Shown here: positions 48,214-57,319 of the stretch, in pieces | How the letters are laid out: the number at the start of each line of letters is the position of its first letter | Position numbering within the stretch: the stretch's first letter is position 1 | Assembly (NCBI GenBank): GCA_965248265.1 | Contig: CBDFJF010000001.1 | Location: 1,440,001-1,504,000 of the forward strand | DNA: 64,000 bases | Direction of reading: 5' to 3' | DNA from: Candidatus Latescibacterota bacterium | Lineage (GTDB): Bacteria; Latescibacterota; UBA2968; UBA8231 | The notes under the pieces: model-generated | Told to the model about the DNA's origin: nothing | The model's database searches: none | What the model saw: the letters and a program-made list of their open reading frames with translations, nothing else | Translations under genes and position numbers: made by a program

Positions 48214-48415
48214 TCGGTCGAACGTCAGGACGCTGCGCGCCACCTCACCCCTGGCCAACACCTCGATCTCCTCGCGAGGGGGACCGGCGCGAAATCAACT
48301 CGTCCAGTTCCAACCTGCCAGTACGGTACCAGCACCTCATCCTGTCCCGGGTCGTCAAGATCCAGCTATTCGATCACCATCGGGTGTTCGGCTCTTACAG
48401 GACAGCGGCTTTCAT
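48214..48415 (-). pseudogene. Decayed Zn-dependent alcohol dehydrogenase: N- and C-termini only
   Basis: GGAGG SD, then MKAAVL*EPNT/PMVIE*LDLDDPGQDEVLV joined to YRTGRLELDELISRR/EEIEVLARGEVARSVLTFD; two nonsense codons and frameshifts. Confidence 0.75.
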
Positions 48416-48541
48416 GGATCCTCCATTCAACAGTGGGCGCCGGCTCTACTTGACGATTGCTTCTACTGGCGCCAAACTCGAGGCTTCGGCCATTTCCGGT
48501 CACCCACCTAATCACCTACAAAACGTCAGACCTCAAAACTG

Positions 48542-49459
48542 GTGAATAAGCGCTTCCCCTCAACCATCCTGGCCACCGCAGTCATACCCTGGGATGAAGA
48601 GTACCGTTTTCAGGAAGACCTCTTTCGCCGGCAGGTGCGACTGCTGCGCGACGGACTGACTCCGTACATCTACTTGTTCGGCACGGCTGGCGAAGGCTAC
48701 GCGGTATCTGACAGCCAGTTTGATGCCATTGTCAATGCCTTTCGTGATGAGATGCTGCCTGGAACTCATCCCATGGTCGGCGTCGTCAACCTTTCATTGC
48801 AGACCATCATCGAGCGCATCGAGCGCTGTCGCGCCCGTGACATCCGCACCTTCCAGCTCTCATTGCCCGGTTGGGGTACCCTCACCGACCGCGAAGTTGA
48901 CATCTTCTTCGAGCAGACGTGCGGACGCTTTCCAGATTGTCAGTTCCTGCACTATAACTTGCCCCGTGCCGGGCGTGTCCTTGGCGGAGACGATTACGCG
49001 CGGCTCGCGCCCGCGCATTCCAACCTGGTGGCGGTAAAATTCGGCGGCTCGGGCGACGCTGCCTTCTATTCAGACCTGTTGGGGAAGGCACCGCAGATCC
49101 AGTTTTTCCTCACCGAATTCGGGTATGCCACGGTGCGCGGGCTCGGGCAGGAGTGTGGCTTTCTGATTTCGCTGGCCTCCTGCCACTTCGCACGAGCCCG
49201 AAAGTACTTCGATGCTCGTGGCTCCGAGCTGGAGATGATGGCGCAAGAGCTCCAGCAAGTCGTGAGCGCCATCAGGGACGCGGTCGCAGACCACGGACAC
49301 ATGGACGGCGTCTACGACAAGATGTTCACGAAGATCCACATGCCGGAATTCCCACTCCGGCTATTGCCGCCCTACACGGCAGCCGGCGATCAACAGTTCG
49401 AAGCCTTTCTGGCCGCACTGCCCGAAACCTGGAGAGCCACCGATGGCCCCGAAACGTAA
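48542..49459 (+). CDS. DHDPS / N-acetylneuraminate lyase family aldolase
   Basis: FGTAGEG, YNLP, AVKF. Confidence 0.85.
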   Translation: MNKRFPSTILATAVIPWDEEYRFQEDLFRRQVRLLRDGLTPYIYLFGTAGEGYAVSDSQFDAIVNAFRDEMLPGTHPMVGVVNLSLQTIIERIERCRARDIRTFQLSLPGWGTLTDREVDIFFEQTCGRFPDCQFLHYNLPRAGRVLGGDDYARLAPAHSNLVAVKFGGSGDAAFYSDLLGKAPQIQFFLTEFGYATVRGLGQECGFLISLASCHFARARKYFDARGSELEMMAQELQQVVSAIRDAVADHGHMDGVYDKMFTKIHMPEFPLRLLPPYTAAGDQQFEAFLAALPETWRATDGPET

Positions 49460-50624
49460 GCCCGTCCTGCGCAAGATCTACAATCAACCATCCTACGTAA
49501 TCCGCACGAAACAGGTCGAAGTCGCCATCTCCCAGCTCGGTGGCTGCATGGCGCCGGTCACCTTCTACCGCGACAGCAGCAAGCCAATCATCCCGCTCGC
49601 CGTCGCGCCCTGGTGGAACGAACCGGTGTTGTCCGACCAGCCGCCCGTTATTCAAGTCCTGCGCGGTGACTTCTTCTGCATGCCCTTCGGCGGCTCGGCC
49701 AACGCCTACCGCGGCCGCAACTACCCTCCGCACGGAGAGACCGCCAATCGTCGCTGGAGTTTCGTCGATCGCCGTAGCTCGAAAAGCGGGGCGACCCTGG
49801 ATTTGAACATGAAGCTGAAATTGCAATCGGGGGAGGTGCACAAAACCTTGGCCCTCGAAGCGGGCAGTAACATCATCTACAGCAGGCACCGGCTATCCGG
49901 CATATCCGGGAACATGACCTACTCGCACCACGCAACCCTGCAGTTTCCCGATCGCCCCGGCAGCGCAAGATTGTCATTCAGCCCCTTCGCGCACGCGTCG
50001 ACCTATCCTCACACGCTCGAGACTCCAGCCGAGGGCTCCTACGCCATCCTCAAGAAGGACTCCGTCATCGAGGACCTGACCAAGGTTCCCCTCATCGACG
50101 GATCGACCACCGACATTACCTCCTACCCCAACCGCCGTGGCTACGAAGACGCCGCCATGGTGTGCGCGGACACGTCGCTCGATTTCAGCTGGTCAGCCGC
50201 CACCTTCGAGCGCGAGCGCTATGTGTGGTTCAACCTGAAGAATCCACGCATCCTGGCCAGCACCATGCTCTGGTTCTCCAACGGCGGCCGCCACTTCCCA
50301 CCTTGGAACGGACGCCACATCAACGTCATGGGCATGGAGGAGGGCACCACCTTCTGGGCCGACGGTATCGCCGCCTCGGAGAAACCGAACGAGTTCTCGA
50401 AACGCGGTATAAAGACGGTTCGGCCGATGCGCCGTGGCGAGCGCCTCGACGTGCCCTGTATCATGGGGGTCGCCAAACTACCTCGCGGTTTCCGGGTCGT
50501 CAGAACCATGCGCCGCGTCGATGATCAGACCATCCGCCTCACCGGAAACAACCGGCTCAAGGTGGACGTCAAGGCGCGGCTCAACTTTCTGGAGACCTCC
50601 ACGCTGGAAGGGCTGATCGAGTAA
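49443..50624 (+). CDS. Conserved hypothetical protein, galactose-mutarotase-like fold
   Basis: LRGDFFCMPFG, HGETAN, HATL, WFSNGGR...PWNGRH; overlaps the upstream gene. Confidence 0.6.
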   Translation: MAPKRKPVLRKIYNQPSYVIRTKQVEVAISQLGGCMAPVTFYRDSSKPIIPLAVAPWWNEPVLSDQPPVIQVLRGDFFCMPFGGSANAYRGRNYPPHGETANRRWSFVDRRSSKSGATLDLNMKLKLQSGEVHKTLALEAGSNIIYSRHRLSGISGNMTYSHHATLQFPDRPGSARLSFSPFAHASTYPHTLETPAEGSYAILKKDSVIEDLTKVPLIDGSTTDITSYPNRRGYEDAAMVCADTSLDFSWSAATFERERYVWFNLKNPRILASTMLWFSNGGRHFPPWNGRHINVMGMEEGTTFWADGIAASEKPNEFSKRGIKTVRPMRRGERLDVPCIMGVAKLPRGFRVVRTMRRVDDQTIRLTGNNRLKVDVKARLNFLETSTLEGLIE

Positions 50625-50635
50625 TTCACTCACTC

Positions 50636-51592
50636 ATGATCGTCCTGGCCAGCAAAAATGGTCGCATCGGACTACCCGCTGCTGTCGAAGTGATGTCGCA
50701 GGGCGGCAGCGCCGTCGATGCCGTCGAAGCCGGAACCCGGGTTGTCGAACGTAATCCCGAAGATCCCACCGTCGGGCTGGGAGGCTTGCCGAACGTCCTC
50801 GGAGAAGTACGCCTCGACGCCTCTATCATGGATGGCAGTAACCTGAAAGGCGGCGCCGTCGGCTCGGTACGGCGCCACGTGCACGCGATCACGCTCGCAC
50901 GCCGGCTCATGGAGCGCGGCCCCCATGTGTTTCTGGTAGCTGACGGCGCCGAACGCCTGGCCTCCGATCTTGGCCTCATCGAAGAGGAGCCCCTCACCCA
51001 GCGAGCCGACGCCACCTGGAGGAAGCATCTGCAGAAGCGCTTCCCCGGTCTCGATGTTGATCAGATTGCAGAGCGCAGGGATTTGCTCTCCATTGTCGAC
51101 GAGCTGCAGCTGTCCATGGCCGGCTGGGATGAGATGAAGCAGGTGGCGGGCCCCGGGTCGACGACTCACGGCACCGTCAACTTCCTGGCACAGGACCGCG
51201 ACGGCAACGTGGCCTCGGCCGTCAGCACCAACGGCTGGGCCTGGGGGTATCCCGGTCGCCTCGGTGATTCACCAGTACTCGGCGCCGGTTCCTACGCGGA
51301 CAGTCGCTGGGGCGCTGCTGCCTCGACCGGTACCGGCGAAGTCGTCCTGCGCATGTCGACGTCGCGCAGCATCATCCTCTACATGAAGATGGGGATGGAC
51401 CTGACCAGCGCCGTGCGCGAGGCCATGGTGGACCTGCGCGCCCTCAACGACCCACTCGTCGAACACATCGCCGTCATCGCCCTCAACCGCGATGGCGAGC
51501 ACGTCGGACTCGCCTACCGCAAAGACGAGCGCTACGTCTATCTTACGGACACCATGTCAGAGCCAGCAGAAGTCGACATGGTTTCGCCCTGA
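50636..51592 (+). CDS. Asparaginase-2 family (glycosylasparaginase / isoaspartyl peptidase)
   Basis: LDASIMDG, HGTV nucleophile, STNG, GRLGDSPVLGAG, STGTGE. Confidence 0.9.
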   Translation: MIVLASKNGRIGLPAAVEVMSQGGSAVDAVEAGTRVVERNPEDPTVGLGGLPNVLGEVRLDASIMDGSNLKGGAVGSVRRHVHAITLARRLMERGPHVFLVADGAERLASDLGLIEEEPLTQRADATWRKHLQKRFPGLDVDQIAERRDLLSIVDELQLSMAGWDEMKQVAGPGSTTHGTVNFLAQDRDGNVASAVSTNGWAWGYPGRLGDSPVLGAGSYADSRWGAAASTGTGEVVLRMSTSRSIILYMKMGMDLTSAVREAMVDLRALNDPLVEHIAVIALNRDGEHVGLAYRKDERYVYLTDTMSEPAEVDMVSP

Positions 51593-51623
51593 TGAATCAC
51601 CCTGTTGACGGACACTGGTACCG

Positions 51624-52617
51624 GTGACGGCACATCCTCCGATCGCTCGACCGCACGACATCGAGTTCTTTGATCGCGAGCTGGCCTCGTTCGTGCCCGA
51701 TCAGGTATTCGACGCCCATGCCCACCTGTGGGCAGATGACAGCCTGCCGGCTCACCGCAAGCATCCGGCGCTGCCGCCGACCGTCGGCCTGCCCGAGTTT
51801 TCACGCATGCAGCAGGAATTGCACCCGGGCAAACGCGTTGCAGCCAATGTGTTCCATCGCATCACCGAGCCTCAGCATCTCGCCGAAGCCAACGCCTGGA
51901 CCGGCGAGCAGGTCAAGAGTGACCCCGACTACCGCGGGCTGTTCATCTGCATTCCCAAGCAGGATCCCGAATGGGTGCGACAGGAAGTGCGCCGCCTGAA
52001 TCTGACTGGCCTCAAGGTCTACCACGTCTATTCCGGTATAACCCCGACGTGGGACGCACAGATACCGGATTACCTTCCCGAGTCGTACATCCAGATAGCT
52101 CACGATGAGGGGTGGGTGGTGATGCTGCACATGGTGCGCGCGCGCCGCGGCCGATCCGAGCAACATCAAGTGGATCCGCCACTACTGTGAAACCTACCCG
52201 AAGATGAAACTGATCCTGGCCCACTCGGCACGCGGCTTTCAACCCAATCACAACCTCGAGGGCCTGCCGCAACTCACAGGTCTCGACAACCTCTACTTCG
52301 ACACCAGCGGCAATTGCGACCAGATGGCGCACCAGGCCATCATCCGCATCATCGGCCACGACAAGCTCATGTACGGCACCGACCTGCCGGTCAGCCACTT
52401 CCGCGGCCGCTCGGTGCCCGTCGCCGATACCTTTCTCTGGCTCTACGAGGATTCCCCGGTCTGGGGCGAGAAACACATGAAGATCGATCCCGTGCTCATC
52501 GGCCTCGAACATCTGCGCACGGTGAAGTGGGCCTGCTGGTCGGAGCGCCTCAACGACCGCCAGGTCGAAGACATCTTCTGGAACAACGCCGCCCGTCTGT
52601 TCGGGATTGGCACCTGA
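51624..52617 (+). pseudogene. Amidohydrolase (Amidohydro_2) frameshifted at a (GC)5 tract
   Basis: FDAHAH...GLKVYH...MLHMV in one frame; ADPSNIKWIRHYCETYPKMKLILAH...FDTS...YGTDLP in another. One extra GC at 52136-52145 restores a single ORF. Confidence 0.8.
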
Positions 52618-52664
52618 ACGCTCGCAAGGGCTGCGCTCCGGCGCCCAAAACGGGCAACGCCCGC

Positions 52665-53444
52665 TTAGTCCCCGATGTACTCTTCCCCCTCAGGGTAGAG
52701 GTGCCGCATTCTGGGAATGTATTTCTTCAACCAGCGGTCGTTGGTATCATCACCACCGGGGTGATTCGCGCACATCCACACCGGTGCATCGATCCCGCTC
52801 TCGGCACACAGCTCCACTACCCGGATCACCAGCAGTTGCACGATGAGGACGGACGTCAAGGTCGATGCCACTCCCACAGCTTGTGAGGCCCCAGGCACGG
52901 TAACGACCTGCTCGTCGGCAGAGGTAAAGGTATCGATGGCGATGTCGACGACCTCGGCGAGGTTCTTGCGGCTCGGATGCCGTGCCGTGAAATCGTCAGG
53001 CGTACTATCGCCGAAGGCTGTGCTGGTGATGCCGATAACGGTGGCGGCGCGTTTCTTGGCTGCTAACGCCAGGTCGATCGTTGCCGCATTCATGCCATAG
53101 TAGTTGCATACGATAACGACATCGTTTGGCCTCACGTCATGGTAGGCCATGGTCGCCCCGCCCATGCCCGGAACCCTTTCCAGACACGGCTGGCCATCGA
53201 AAAGCCCCAGTCCGGGGCCGAATACAATGCTCACACCGGCCAGGCCGCCGGCGCGGTAGAACATTTCCATGGCCGGAATCTGCGAATGCCCTCCAGCGCC
53301 GGCCACGTGGATGATCGCATCCCCCTTGATGGCCTCGACGAGGGCGACGGCGGCTTCTTCAATCTGCCCGACACTCTCACGCGAAATGCGTCCAAACAGT
53401 CCGTCAACATGGTCGAGAAACTCGGTGCATCCTTTGCTGTTCAT
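52665..53444 (-). CDS. SIS-domain sugar isomerase / phosphosugar-binding protein
   Basis: GAGGHS, EMFYRAGGL, G.NAATID, IGITS, RHPS. Confidence 0.85.
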   Translation of the reverse strand: MNSKGCTEFLDHVDGLFGRISRESVGQIEEAAVALVEAIKGDAIIHVAGAGGHSQIPAMEMFYRAGGLAGVSIVFGPGLGLFDGQPCLERVPGMGGATMAYHDVRPNDVVIVCNYYGMNAATIDLALAAKKRAATVIGITSTAFGDSTPDDFTARHPSRKNLAEVVDIAIDTFTSADEQVVTVPGASQAVGVASTLTSVLIVQLLVIRVVELCAESGIDAPVWMCANHPGGDDTNDRWLKKYIPRMRHLYPEGEEYIGD

Positions 53445-53482
53445 CGGTGGCCTCCGCTGTTGTTTGCTCTGCAGACCTGCTC

Positions 53483-54742
53483 TCAGAGTGTTGCCGGCAT
53501 CCGACGCCCCGGTGGAGAAAAGAAGAACCCGAGAGCCACTGTCGCCCCCAGCACTCCCACCGGCCAGTAGGGTCCGCCAAGATTGTGCGCCGTCACTGTG
53601 TCCACTGCCAGCCCCAGCACGGGTGCGACGATGACCGCCGCAGCGCGTTTGGCCTGGCTTTCGATAGAAAGCAGTGTTGCCCCCTGCTCTTCCTTGCCGT
53701 GAGCGTCAATGCGGGAAAGCTGCACCGGACGCCACAGGTTCTGGAAGGTGTCCAGCAGCACGAAGGCGAAAATCATGGCGATGGCCAGTTGATGGTATGC
53801 GGCGACGCTCAGGACCACGAACAGGAGGGCATTGACTCCCCATAGCAATCGCGCCGCTCGATCTTCATCCCCTGCCTTGGAGGCGATCAGGTGCGACTTG
53901 CGGCTGGCGAGTCCGGCGATCAGGTAGAGGACGAGATATACCGGACCGACGACGAGCGCCGTTTGCTGAATCTCGCTCAAGCTCCCCGTCGCCACCCAGT
54001 AACCGCCGGCCGCAATCGCCGCCGCTCTCAGCACCGGCTGCAGGTAATCCTTGATGATCTCGTAAATGCCCTGAAAGCCGACGGACTCGGCAACCAGCCT
54101 GCGCAAAGCCCGGCTCGAGAACACCTCTCGGAAGCTGGCTCCCAGGTGGCGCCGCATCTCGCCCAGCGAAGTCTCTCCTGAAACGGTGCCGTCCAATTCC
54201 TCCGGATACCCGAGGAAGTTGATGACACCGATGAGGTAGGGGATGACACTCAGGTAGAAGACGTAGAGGTAGCTTTCGCTCGCGTACACGATTACGGCCG
54301 CCAGGATCACGGAGGCGGCCGAGCCGTACTTGCTCCAGGAGCGGGTATAGCCGTATACCCGCGTGCGCTCATCCGTCCGGCCTTGCCGTCGCAACCACGT
54401 AAAGATCATGGCCTTGTGCGTACCCGAGCGGAAGGCCTCTCCGATAGCGAACAGAAGCATGGCCGCGAACAGCAATGACAGGTTCCCGGCGAGAGCGAAA
54501 ACGACGAAGCTGCCGATGTAGGCGCAGAATGAAATGATCATGGCTCGTCGTCGCCCCCACAGATCAGCGACGGCACCCGAGGGGATTTCGAACAGGTTGA
54601 TCGCCACCTCTCGGAAAGCGACCAGCAGGCCGATCTGGAAGAAGGTCAGGCCTTTTTCGAGAAAAACCAGAATCAGGAACGGTTCGAAGTAGCGCTGGTT
54701 CTTGAGCAGTCCGTACAGACTGAAACGGAAGACCATCGACAT
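53483..54742 (-). CDS. MFS transporter
   Basis: FEIPSGAVADLWGRR; GEAFRSGTHKAMI. Confidence 0.9.
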   Translation of the reverse strand: MSMVFRFSLYGLLKNQRYFEPFLILVFLEKGLTFFQIGLLVAFREVAINLFEIPSGAVADLWGRRRAMIISFCAYIGSFVVFALAGNLSLLFAAMLLFAIGEAFRSGTHKAMIFTWLRRQGRTDERTRVYGYTRSWSKYGSAASVILAAVIVYASESYLYVFYLSVIPYLIGVINFLGYPEELDGTVSGETSLGEMRRHLGASFREVFSSRALRRLVAESVGFQGIYEIIKDYLQPVLRAAAIAAGGYWVATGSLSEIQQTALVVGPVYLVLYLIAGLASRKSHLIASKAGDEDRAARLLWGVNALLFVVLSVAAYHQLAIAMIFAFVLLDTFQNLWRPVQLSRIDAHGKEEQGATLLSIESQAKRAAAVIVAPVLGLAVDTVTAHNLGGPYWPVGVLGATVALGFFFSPPGRRMPATL

Positions 54743-54750
54743 TCCCACCG

Positions 54751-55902
54751 TCACACCTTCCAGCGTTTCCCGCCCACGCGCTCCAGCGTCTTCCAGTTGA
54801 GCGTCGCACCCATTCCCGCTCCCCCCGGAAACCACAGGTGGCCACCTTCAACACGCTCGGCCGGCTCAACCAGCTCGGCTCGCCAGTCGTTCTCCCAGAC
54901 AGCGTGTTCGAGAGCGTATGCGTTGGGCGATGCGGCCTGGACGTGGGCGCTGGTCAGATTCGACAACGGCCCGAACGGACTGTGGCACGAGGTCCTGACT
55001 CCGCGTCGCGCTGCCCATTGGCCGGCTCTGGCAGCCACCCCGGCGCCACCGCAACGCATCACATCCTGCATGATGATGTCGACGCCACCGACCTCGACCA
55101 GCTCCTCAAACACCGCTTCTCCGTACTCGTCGCCGCCGGCGACCAACGGCAGTTCGACTGATGGACCCAGCTTCTTCAACCCCTCAGCCTTGGGGCGATA
55201 GTGCAACGGGTCTTCCAACCAGGCCACACCCAGCTCCTGCATCTTGCCGGCGACAACCGGCATTGAATCCAGCGAAAACCCGCCATGACAGTCTACCAGA
55301 ATCGAGACCTCAGGCCCGGCTGCATCGCCCATGGCCTTGAGCCGGTCAAGACCAGTCTGCGCCAGCGAGACGGCCTCATCAACGGGCAGACCGCGCCTGA
55401 CCTCGTCGAAGGGATCGACCTTCACGATCGTGAAACCTTCGCTGGCCGCACGTTCGGCAGCGGCTGCGAAATCCCGCGGCGTGCGCGCCCGTGCTACGTG
55501 GTTGAGGAAGCGGTTGACGTTGGCGTACAGCTGCTGGCTCTGCTGCGTTGCGCCGCCCAGCGCCGCCGTCATACTGAGGTCCTGGTACTGACACTGAAAC
55601 TCGATAACGGCAGTGCTCAGTGCGCTCAGTGGCCGGCTGTAGTCGGCGTTGGCGGCGGCCTGCTCGGTGGTGATTCCCAGCAGTTCCGCTACCTGACTGT
55701 CGCGCTCAATCGCGACCCCCCGGAGCTTGCCGAGAAACTGGTCGAAGATGGCAACGCGAGGGTCGTCGGGATTGCTGTTCTGGAATTCTACCACGACGTC
55801 CATCCCGTCCGTGTCCCGGATCATCGCGAACGACCAGCTCTTGACGCTGCTGGCCGGGACCCAGCCGAATTCCACGCTATCAAACTTGACCGGCTTCGTC
55901 AT
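54751..55902 (-). CDS. Mandelate racemase / enolase superfamily enzyme (sugar-acid dehydratase-like)
   Basis: LYANVNR, GFTIVK, VDCHG, WLEDP, DVMRCGG, HSPFGP. Confidence 0.85.
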   Translation of the reverse strand: MTKPVKFDSVEFGWVPASSVKSWSFAMIRDTDGMDVVVEFQNSNPDDPRVAIFDQFLGKLRGVAIERDSQVAELLGITTEQAAANADYSRPLSALSTAVIEFQCQYQDLSMTAALGGATQQSQQLYANVNRFLNHVARARTPRDFAAAAERAASEGFTIVKVDPFDEVRRGLPVDEAVSLAQTGLDRLKAMGDAAGPEVSILVDCHGGFSLDSMPVVAGKMQELGVAWLEDPLHYRPKAEGLKKLGPSVELPLVAGGDEYGEAVFEELVEVGGVDIIMQDVMRCGGAGVAARAGQWAARRGVRTSCHSPFGPLSNLTSAHVQAASPNAYALEHAVWENDWRAELVEPAERVEGGHLWFPGGAGMGATLNWKTLERVGGKRWKV

Positions 55903-56672
55903 GGACAGCTGGTGACCGCGTCCTTGGCGCTCTGATTCTTCTGAGCAAGCGCCGCCTGCAGCACCCCCATCGGTTCGGCGATACAGAGGAAGTGGAAACC
56001 ATCAGCGACGAGTTTGGTTCCGTCCCCGATTCGCCACATGGTCTTGCCCGCTTTTTCACCTGCCTGGCGAATCCTCTCAACGGCTTCCTGCATGCGCCGA
56101 TGATCCATCTGGTTACCGACCCCCAGCTCCATCGACAGGTCATAGGGACCGATGGCGATGGCGGTCGTGATTTCATGAGCGGCGATAGCGTCAGCGCGGT
56201 CCAGCCCCTGTCGTGTTTCGATCTGCGGCAGCACGATGAAGTTATCTTCCACTTCCCGCTTGAAGCTGTCGTAGTCGAAATCCGGGACCCAGTAGTTGCC
56301 GGCTCCGCCTGGTCTTCGCCGGCCGCGTGGTGGCATGTAGATACTGTCGCGCACCTGGTCGAGTTCAGTCACCGACTCGACGGAGGGCAGTAAAAAACCG
56401 CAGGGGCCGCGGTCGATGCTCTGCCGGATCGTCGTATAGTCGCAGTCCGGCGGGCGCAGTAACACGGCGAAATCCGTCATGCGTCCGAGGGCACAGACAC
56501 TGGCCACCAGTTCGTCGCTGTGTGCCCCGTGTTCCCGATCGATGATCAGGTAGTCGAAGCCGGCGCGCTGGAGGTACTCGACCAGCGCGGGAAACAGATG
56601 GTCGGTCGCCAGTGCGCCTGTAGTGATCTCACCTCGTGCTACCTTGTCTTTGAGCTGTTTGGCCGCTTTCAT
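55899..56672 (-). CDS. HpcH/HpaI class II aldolase
   Basis: AGFDYLIIDREH, PPRGRR, PQIET, IGPYDLS; ATGA overlap with the next gene. Confidence 0.88.
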   Translation of the reverse strand: MKAAKQLKDKVARGEITTGALATDHLFPALVEYLQRAGFDYLIIDREHGAHSDELVASVCALGRMTDFAVLLRPPDCDYTTIRQSIDRGPCGFLLPSVESVTELDQVRDSIYMPPRGRRRPGGAGNYWVPDFDYDSFKREVEDNFIVLPQIETRQGLDRADAIAAHEITTAIAIGPYDLSMELGVGNQMDHRRMQEAVERIRQAGEKAGKTMWRIGDGTKLVADGFHFLCIAEPMGVLQAALAQKNQSAKDAVTSCP

Positions 56673-56703
56673 TGGCCTTTTTCCTCATCAGTTTTAAGCG
56701 AAT

Positions 56704-56719
56704 CGTGATCTAAATCACA
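56704..56719. promoter_or_regulatory. CRP/FNR-family-like operator
   Basis: CGTGA-TCTAAA-TCACA versus CRP consensus TGTGA-TCTAGA-TCACA (14/16), in a divergent intergenic region. Confidence 0.5.
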
Positions 56720-56857
56720 TCAAGTATGATATCAGCCTCTCGGGTTGTCGAGCAGTGTAAGAATCGCTAGGGATCTGGTCCCTCCGAGTCGATAAGTATC
56801 CTATACCCTTCCACCCAAGGGTGCAGGTCCGCACGAATACTACCCAACAGGAGACCC

Positions 56858-57295
56858 ATGATGAACTACCGCCTAAACTTCATAGCGTTAACGATGTGTG
56901 TAGGAATGCTGTCTCTTGGATGCAGCGACGACGACCCTGCTCCCACCGGACCGAGCGCCACGGCGCTGTCTGCCAGTGATCTGGGCTTCGACTGGACGGG
57001 CCGGGACGAAACGCTGAGCCTCGATTCCTCGACCGGACGCTTTCAGCATTCCAGCACCGCATTTGGTGTAATCGGCGGCGGCACCTGGACGATAGACGCT
57101 GACAGACTGACCCTGAATTATGAACAGGGTGACGACTTCCTGATAAGCGGCATGATAGTCCTCACCGCTTCTCTCAATGGCCAGGATCTCACGCTGATCC
57201 AGTTGTGCGATGAAATCAGTCTCGACGATGCGGACAGTCAACAAGCCAGTGTAGCCAACTGTGAGGCGAACCCGACGAATACCTGGACCAGGTAG
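56858..57295 (+). CDS. Hypothetical lipoprotein (beta-rich, lipocalin-like)
   Basis: AGGAG SD; lipobox SLGC then SDDDPAPTGPS linker; GTW motif; C-terminal Cys pair. Confidence 0.7.
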   Translation: MMNYRLNFIALTMCVGMLSLGCSDDDPAPTGPSATALSASDLGFDWTGRDETLSLDSSTGRFQHSSTAFGVIGGGTWTIDADRLTLNYEQGDDFLISGMIVLTASLNGQDLTLIQLCDEISLDDADSQQASVANCEANPTNTWTR

Positions 57296-57319
57296 CACAC
57301 GGCACGGGCAGGATCGCGC

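Noticed and set aside
52188-52190. TGA in the amidohydrolase as a second selenocysteine
   Set aside because: Downstream homology is in a different frame, so this is a frameshift.
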